Assembly: GCA_032718475.1 (NCBI GenBank)
Contig: JAUCBJ010005616.1
Location: forward strand, 1 to 54,762
Origin: Nemertoderma westbladi
Lineage: Eukaryota > Animalia > Xenacoelomorpha
Direction of reading: 5' to 3'
DNA: 54,762 nucleotides
The notes under the pieces were generated by a model that was not told the origin of the DNA, ran no database searches, and was given only the letters and a program-made list of their open reading frames with translations. The position numbers and the translations under genes were made by a program. Positions 50,901-54,762 of the stretch are shown here, piece after piece; the stretch's first letter is position 1; each line of letters opens with the position of its first letter.

Positions 50901-53477
50901 TCACATTTTTGTCTTACAGACACACAACCTCCGATGTATCCATGTATTCACATTTTTGTCTTACAGACACACAACCTCCGATGTATCCCTGTATTCACCT
51001 TTTTGTCTTACAGACACACAACCTCCGATGTATCCCTGTATTCACATTCTTGTCTTACAGACACACAACCTCCGATGTATCCCCCTATATTCACCTTTTT
51101 GACTTACAGACACACAACCTCCGATGTATCCCCCTGTATTCACCTTCTTGTCTTACAGACACACAACCTCCGATGTATCCATGTATTCACCTTTTTGTCT
51201 TACAGACACACAACCTCCGATGTATCCATGTATTCACATTCTTGTCTTACAGACACACAACCTCCAATGTATCCCTGTATTCACCTTTTTGTCTTACAGA
51301 CACACAACCTCCGATGTATCCATGTATTCACATTTTTTTCTTACAGACACACAACCTCCGATGTATCCCTGTATTCACATTCTTGTCTTACAGACACACA
51401 ACCTCCGATGTATCCCTGTATTCACCTTTTTGTCTTACAGACACACAACCTCCGATGTATCTATGTATTCACATTTTTTTCTTACAGACACACAACCTCC
51501 GATGTATCCCTGTATTCACATTCTTGTCTTACAGACACACAACCTCCGATGTATCCCTGTATTCACCTTTTTGTCTTACAGACACACAACCTCCGATGTA
51601 TCCCTGTATTCACATTTTTGTCTTACAGACACACAAACTCCGATGTATCCATGTATTCACCTTTTTGTCTTACAGACACACAACCTCCGATGTATCCCTG
51701 TATTCACATTTTTGTCTTACAGACACACAACCTCCGATGTATCCCTGTATTCACATTCTTGTCTTACAGACACACAACCTCCGATGTATCCATGTATTCA
51801 CATTTTTGTCTTACAGACACACAACCTCCGATGTATCCCTGTATTCACATTTTTGTCTTACAGACACACAACCTCCGATGTATCCATGTATTCACATTCT
51901 TGTCTTACAGACACACAACCTCCGATGTATCCCTGTATTCACCTTTTTGTCTTACAGACACACAACCTCCGATGTATCCCTGTATTCACATTTTTGTCTT
52001 ACAGACACACAACCTCCGATGTATCCCTGTATTCACATTCTTGTCTTACAGACACACAACCTCCGATGTATCCATGTATTCACATTCTTGTCTTACAGAC
52101 ACACAACCTCCGATGTATCCCTGTATTCACCTTTTTGTCTTACAGACACACAACCTCCGATGTATCCCTGTATTCACATTTTTGTCTTACAGACACACAA
52201 CCTCCGATGTATCCATGTATTCACATTTTTGTCTTACAGACACACAACCTCCGATGTATCCCTGTATTCACATTTTTGTCTTACAGACACACAACCTCCG
52301 ATGTATCCATGTATTCACATTTTTGTCTTACAGACACACAACCTCCGATGTATCCCTGTATTCACCTTTTTGTCTTACAGACACACAACCTCCGATGTAT
52401 CCCTGTATTCACCTTTTTGTCTTACAGACACACAACCTCCGATGTATCCCCCTATATTCACCTTTTTGTCTTACAGACACACAACCTCCGATGTATCCCC
52501 CTGTATTCACATTTTTGTCTTACAGACACACAACCTCCGATGTATCCCTGTATTCACATTCTTGTCTTACAGACACACAACCTCCGATGTATCCATGTAT
52601 TCACCTTTTTGTCTTACAGACACACAACCTCCGATGTATCCCTGTATTCACATTCTTGTCTTACAGACACACCACCTCCGATGTATCCATGTATTCACCT
52701 TTTTGTCTTACAAACACACAACCTCCGATGTATCCCTGTATTCACATTCTTGTCTTACAGACACACCACCTCCGATGTATCCATGTATTCACATTTTTGT
52801 CTTACAGACACACAACCTCCGATGTATCCATGTATTCACCTTTTTGTCTTACAAACACACAACCTCCGATGTATCCCTGTATTCACCTTCTTGTCTTACA
52901 GACACACAACCTCCGATGTATCCCTGTATTCACCTTCTTGTCTTACAGACACACAACCTCCGATGTATCCCTGTATTCACATTCTTGTCTTACAGACACA
53001 CAACCTCCGATGTATCCCTGTATTCACCTTTTTGTCTTACAGACACACAACCTCCGATGTATCCCTGTATTCACCTTTTTGTCTTACAGACACACAACCT
53101 CCGATGTATCCTCATATTCACCTTCTTGTCTTACAGACACACAACCTCCGATGTATCCATGTATTCACCTTTTTGTCTTACAGACACACAACCTCCGATG
53201 TATCCATGTATTCACCTTCTTGTCTTACAGACACACAACCTCCGATGTATCCCTATATTCACCTTTTTGTCTTACAGACACACAACCTCCGATGTATCCA
53301 TGTATTCACCTTTTTGTCTTACAGACACACAACCTCCGATGTATCCCTGTTGCCGAGGTACATGTTGGATATAAGAACCGCCGTTTCCGGTTCTGGATTT
53401 ACGGATTAGACCGAACTGTCTACGAGACCGATTATCCACACTCTTGTCTGTGCTGCCGCACTTGCAATATTCTATAA
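23962..53477 (+). CDS. SSUH2: SSUH2 homologue, 8 coding exons: 23962-23998, 24212-24358, 24731-24803, 25255-25384, 26154-26402, 27229-27452, 29501-29708, 53325-53477 (1221 nt, 406 aa)
   Basis: All introns are GT-AG and phases join without stops. Protein motifs: CCYGSGPA, YVLKSFTESR...EPY.G..IDGP.NG..P.PWDI, HTATVKPC, repeated CxxCxGxG, RILKQ|THNLRCIPVAEV...FWIYG..R.VY..DYP and a C-terminal CCRTCNIL (CaaX-like). These are characteristic of SSUH2/C3orf32. Confidence 0.88.
24212..24358 (+). CDS. SSUH2: SSUH2 coding exon 2
   Basis: ttttcag acceptor, G|gtgagt donor, encodes ...IEKIPGYENT.... Confidence 0.8.
24731..24803 (+). CDS. SSUH2: SSUH2 coding exon 3
   Basis: tttag acceptor, gtaagt donor, phases 1 and 2 consistent. 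Confidence 0.75.
25255..25384 (+). CDS. SSUH2: SSUH2 coding exon 4
   Basis: Encodes ASVITEEDAVNIFQKYTFRRCCYGSGPA...NAFR, with ttttag and gtgagt sites. Confidence 0.85.
25643..25716 (+). pseudogene. tRNA-derived sequence (SINE head or tRNA pseudogene, anticodon loop CT-TGT-AA, Thr-like)
   Basis: A-box-like TGGTTCAGTTGG and B-box-like GTTCAATCCC. The stems pair poorly. Confidence 0.55.
26154..26402 (+). CDS. SSUH2: SSUH2 coding exon 5
   Basis: Encodes YVLKSFTESR...CFKCIGQGFLKCSKCSGKGT, with ttttcag and gtgagt sites. Confidence 0.9.
26475..26908. repeat. (GTGCC)n pentanucleotide microsatellite, about 85 units, intronic
   Basis: Directly visible and nearly perfect. Confidence 0.97.
27229..27452 (+). 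CDS. SSUH2: SSUH2 coding exon 6 (four CxxC motifs)
   Basis: Encodes RPCNTCGGSG...CGTCKSTG..CKFCNGEG..CRLCQG, with gtag and gtaagt sites. Confidence 0.9.
27495..27765 (-). mobile_element. Probable tRNA-derived SINE
   Basis: Minus-strand head with A-box-like TGGTGTAGTAGT and B-box GGATTCGATACC, followed by a ~200-bp body. Boundaries approximate. Confidence 0.5.
27800..29385 (-). mobile_element. 5'-truncated, frameshifted LINE (RT domain, clade uncertain) in SSUH2 intron 6
   Basis: LDIEAAFDNVDH and GLKQGSLISPILCNLY (28713-29123), AYADDYLL and KFLG (28212-28667). Confidence 0.85.
29501..29708 (+). CDS. SSUH2: SSUH2 coding exon 7
   Basis: ttttgcag acceptor, encodes ...VYPI...RILKQ, donor CAG|gttcgt in phase 0. 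Confidence 0.88.
29815..31125 (+). mobile_element. Helentron/HINE(DINE-1)-like non-autonomous element inserted in the first 47-bp unit
   Basis: Splits TTCT^TGTC with no TSD. Short subterminal inverted motif GTGGGGC/GCCCCAC, 3' hairpin CGAAG-GCCCCA-CTTCG, (CGT)n tract at 29892-29954 and an internal ~318-bp tandem duplication. Confidence 0.65.
31126..37505 (+). repeat. 47-bp tandem array A (about 136 copies), amplified SSUH2 intron 7/exon 8 junction
   Basis: Unit attcac(a/c)tt(t/c)ttgtcttacag|ACACACAACCTCCGATGTATCCCTGT matches 53304-53350. Confidence 0.97.
37506..38797 (-). repeat. 3' LTR
   Basis: Near-identical to 48190-49481. One difference seen: GGCGTATTC versus GGCGCATTC. Confidence 0.95.
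38876..39208 (-). CDS. Possible small basic accessory ORF (110 aa, K/R-rich C-terminus)
   Basis: Overlaps the end of the zinc-knuckle ORF and ends KKLRKRRPRKKD. No family recognised. Confidence 0.3.
   Translation of the reverse strand: MERTIKPRRFLAAYSPPTALVQTTRKGPVRAAVLKRALKAVRPLSPDVDVNQPGTSTGGYTDHNSTPSDAIILHPSPRSYSPPCKVARPKEKRTLASFKKLRKRRPRKKD
39175..40164 (-). CDS. Accessory triple zinc-knuckle ORF (329 codons) with one in-frame TGA at 39768-39766
   Basis: ORFs 39766-40164 and 39175-39609 are in the same frame with 52 sense codons between them. Motifs CWLCASRDH-x9-C, CAYCRFNNLHVFAVC and CHHCQLKGHASFDC. Confidence 0.65.
41794..45936 (-). CDS. BEL/Pao Gag-protease polyprotein (1380 aa) with RT, most of RNase H and the integrase core deleted in frame
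   Basis: Capsid-like FNGD...W..F...EKLRFLIKCLEG. Knuckles CALCDGPHRLSAC, CYNCLRSGHQRRTC and CAKCGAKHHILLH. Protease ALLDSGS. Then only WRHC...NPADIASRG...W..G.DFL...WP and RPASRLCLLE remnants. Confidence 0.92.
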   Translation of the reverse strand: MADTRQTLSDSLLETTACFSDQSVENPRPRSETPHTVRRATPAVVVSEPRLVERISQFAKLVKRRWSAIGIRAQVKRDQEEAIKQQQPPSQEPSSQRPDSSSSSDTVERTPERGAKMADTVYDERPTYEESTDATSSQVESEVESEVESEVESELTSAEKPRTRDAIDIYLSDYQRFLGDEELRRRLSGLSPNSEGTKLVLDSIDAEMLAANQAECDEKLRLIRVREEQVKKELIERRKVAAAAAAEAEAERKEAEAERKAKAAEAEAERKAAEAERKATVAEAERRASEETIQLELENLQETQDSINKQFTANQMQMMRKSTPKRQGYTSSEEGETTDPEGGGNRSHLSRHRKTSYRRKLPDLPPAVRRQLASTDLSSIEPTAQIIKVKGLPTIVDEPEIIRPVVPKVTSVLGTPVLPELNSKFPLHSTTLPVPGRTVQENIPVQIAEREIKNLSPVVPRQPATMLATPASAVEWVEEGRRGMNLLLGQMQETVHQLKGTVREGRAELQEVQQSIALERDKLVNIQKGIPIPPVTLCQPVRSEVLHAQGVEPTRIYTASEVETPIANPIKGDYRPVINDIPYRPDNDPRTLYTDNSILNNTMAQESFTRQMARTEARQAVKVGEIVKFNGDEMKWLPFNEYYKDSIQNSVLSNGEKLRFLIKCLEGPPKLMALKFIGHPEGLRQVWDTLNIRYGNKDNIAKYLYAKLVAPRHFLSSGIIEFSDEIQEICRQLDWLGKSHEYQSSMVIGAVVSTLPKGGVCTRWDKKVLYMNEQQRRSPTMADLMSFLDSEVKLQLIRQSREKTSENKVSEKPVSRRRIIPVCYTDDGESQASQEEDSGKDTAKSYYDNKTYKDVSKYKSRISDRREQVTTTPPTSPKRIHGRKPEERTRVHNVTQGKVSNIKPKCALCDGPHRLSACAEFLKKSPVDRRTVLWNKRLCYNCLRSGHQRRTCYSDVKCAKCGAKHHILLHSEFERDNPSQVSEPELHVQFSDVNDTDQGSEWEGFYTDEFSDANESCYLINTTVYRALTDEKDTDEFTPTPFDKQPSWKVPTSNIGIREFPVVQVRVHGLNKSYIVNALLDSGSTGTFIDQELAEDIFAGQPKFRTKLNMSGIMQVWKSTLTADYYVGVLSTPQDKLGTQGIRSVKMVAIKNFATTQADLYNWDEDESIQHLKIPRFQTDYPGVQILIGQNAHEALETLEKRPAQPQPLQTYAVRTRVGWYFTGPSRRTLKERLPQQQVYQVKEREVESSDVDDPTEGTPYSSDNDDINSNVDLWRHCLGTINPADIASRGATPQEMIDTPGWLGGSDFLSKEEEWPPHLTTAEIRQAKGAEKVTQQLNRPASRLCLLERDRKLSGNYGRQDTLPTTTSLIRQISRDSIT
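48190..49481 (-). repeat. 5' LTR
   Basis: Direct repeat of 37506-38797, upstream of gag on the minus strand. Confidence 0.95.
49482..53350 (+). repeat. 47-bp tandem array B (about 82 copies), last unit is the real SSUH2 terminal-exon acceptor
   Basis: Same unit as array A. The final copy continues ...ATCCCTGT-TGCCGAG into unique coding sequence. Confidence 0.97.
53325..53477 (+). CDS. SSUH2: SSUH2 terminal coding exon (THNLRCIPVAEV...CCRTCNIL*)
   Basis: ttgtcttacag acceptor, phase 0 matches exon 7, typical SSUH2 C-terminus. AATAAA at about 53782. Confidence 0.88.
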   Translation, partial: THNLRCIPVAEVHVGYKNRRFRFWIYGLDRTVYETDYPHSCLCCRTCNIL

Positions 53478-53576
53478 ACTATACACTGGATTGCCTAACT
53501 TTAAATCATAGCTGGTTGTTTGCATATAAACTATACACTGGATTGCCTAACTTTAAATCACAGCTGGTTGTTTGCA
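53473..53576 (+). repeat. 52-bp tandem duplication spanning the SSUH2 stop codon and start of the 3'UTR
   Basis: TATAAACTATACACTGGATTGCCTAACTTTAAATCA(T/C)AGCTGGTTGTTTGCA occurs twice. Confidence 0.9.
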
Positions 53577-54448
53577 TACATTTATATCGTTATTATTTAT
53601 CAAATCATTACTACTTAAATTTTCTGTAATATGAAACAACAAGTTATAAAGCTATATGGCTAGAAAGCATTACTCATTATTATTAAATGATTTGTAAATA
53701 CTAATTCAATTTATAAAGTGTCATAATTTTTGGTAATAATTGTTAAGTTGTATCTTTTTATTCATTAAAAACACAGTTAAAAATAAACTCATGAGGGAGT
53801 CTACTGTAAGATATTAATGTTTGTGTGGTAGCTGCTTCGTCTGCATCTCTTCAGCCTGTCGCGCGCTGGAGACCGAAATGTCCAAAGTGAAAACCGTTTC
53901 GTTTCGTTGATGTTAACACATTAACCTTGGATTAACATGTACCTTGCAAGAATATGAGAATTAAAGACCTGATGGGAACAAAATTACCGTTGAAAAGCCA
54001 ATTCATCCAATGAAACTTTGAACCTGATTTAAGGGACAACAATATAATATTGAAAAAAATGTATACGTTTTTTTCCCATGGTAATGAATACTTTATTGTT
54101 GCTTAATTCTTAAATAAAAGATAAGAGTCATAGTGTTACAAAATTAATTGAACTGTTTAGTATTTTACTATATTGTTTCCATAGTTACTGCGATTCAAAT
54201 TTATGTACTATTCAACTCCTAACGCTGCCTTACTCAATGTTAAATAATTTAGTGTTCTCGAATATTTATTAAGTAACTAGAGAGCCACTTAACAACTTAA
54301 ACCATGATTGGATATTGAGTTCCTCCGTTTTGGTGTTCGCCGCGCAGACACTAAAGTTGCAGTAACTTTTGAGTGAGTGAATGGATTTTGCTCAAATTAC
54401 TTTCAAACCTTTTCTATTTCGATGCTCTTTCAACACATATCATTAATT

Positions 54449-54726
54449 CGCCCATGTGAAGAATACCAGGATTTCACTTTTCGGTCGACTTTTTATTGGA
54501 ATTTTATATATGAAGATTTTTTATTTTTTTTAATTTATCTTTATTAAGTGTTTTATAGCGCTTATTTCTGTCTTATAACCTGTACATATACTAATTCGTT
54601 TATTGTTTTGGTTAGATTCAGCCCTTCTGTAACCTGTGTTTTTGGTGAAAACCTGGTATTCTTCACATGGGGGTAACTGCAAAGTGAAATATAACGGCAG
54701 AAAGTCTGGTATTCTTCACATGGGCC
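54449..54726. mobile_element. Full-length ~278-bp MITE (CGCCCATGTGAAGAATACCAG TIRs)
   Basis: Both TIRs present, plus an internal third TIR-like copy at about 54652-54670. Flanks CATTAATT and (C)ATTAAAT form an imperfect TSD. Confidence 0.85.
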
Positions 54727-54762
54727 ATTAAATTTAAGAAATTCTAAGGGCTACAGTACTCC

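Overview
AT-rich, repeat-dense animal (probably invertebrate) genomic DNA. Left to right: the probable end of a Maverick/Polinton-like element (1-2197) carrying two compact ORFs and cutting into a decayed RTE-type LINE; a 7.7-kb 38-41-bp satellite; an intronless, divergent IRF-domain gene (13862-14551); two Foldback/Mutator-like elements with 9-bp TSDs; nested MITEs; a 27-bp satellite; and an 8-coding-exon SSUH2-homologue gene (23962-53477, about 406 aa). The main finding is the last intron of SSUH2 (29709-53324, about 23.6 kb). Much of it is roughly 220 tandem copies of a 47-bp unit that is the gene's own 3' splice site plus the first 26 nt of the terminal exon. The terminal exon therefore sits behind hundreds of near-identical splice acceptors in a largely stop-free array. 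That array is interrupted by a Helentron/HINE-like element and by a young 12-kb non-autonomous BEL/Pao LTR element, which keeps gag-protease, has lost RT and integrase in frame, and carries an extra triple zinc-knuckle ORF. All family calls come from motif recognition by eye, with no database searches. Copy numbers are estimated as array length divided by unit length.
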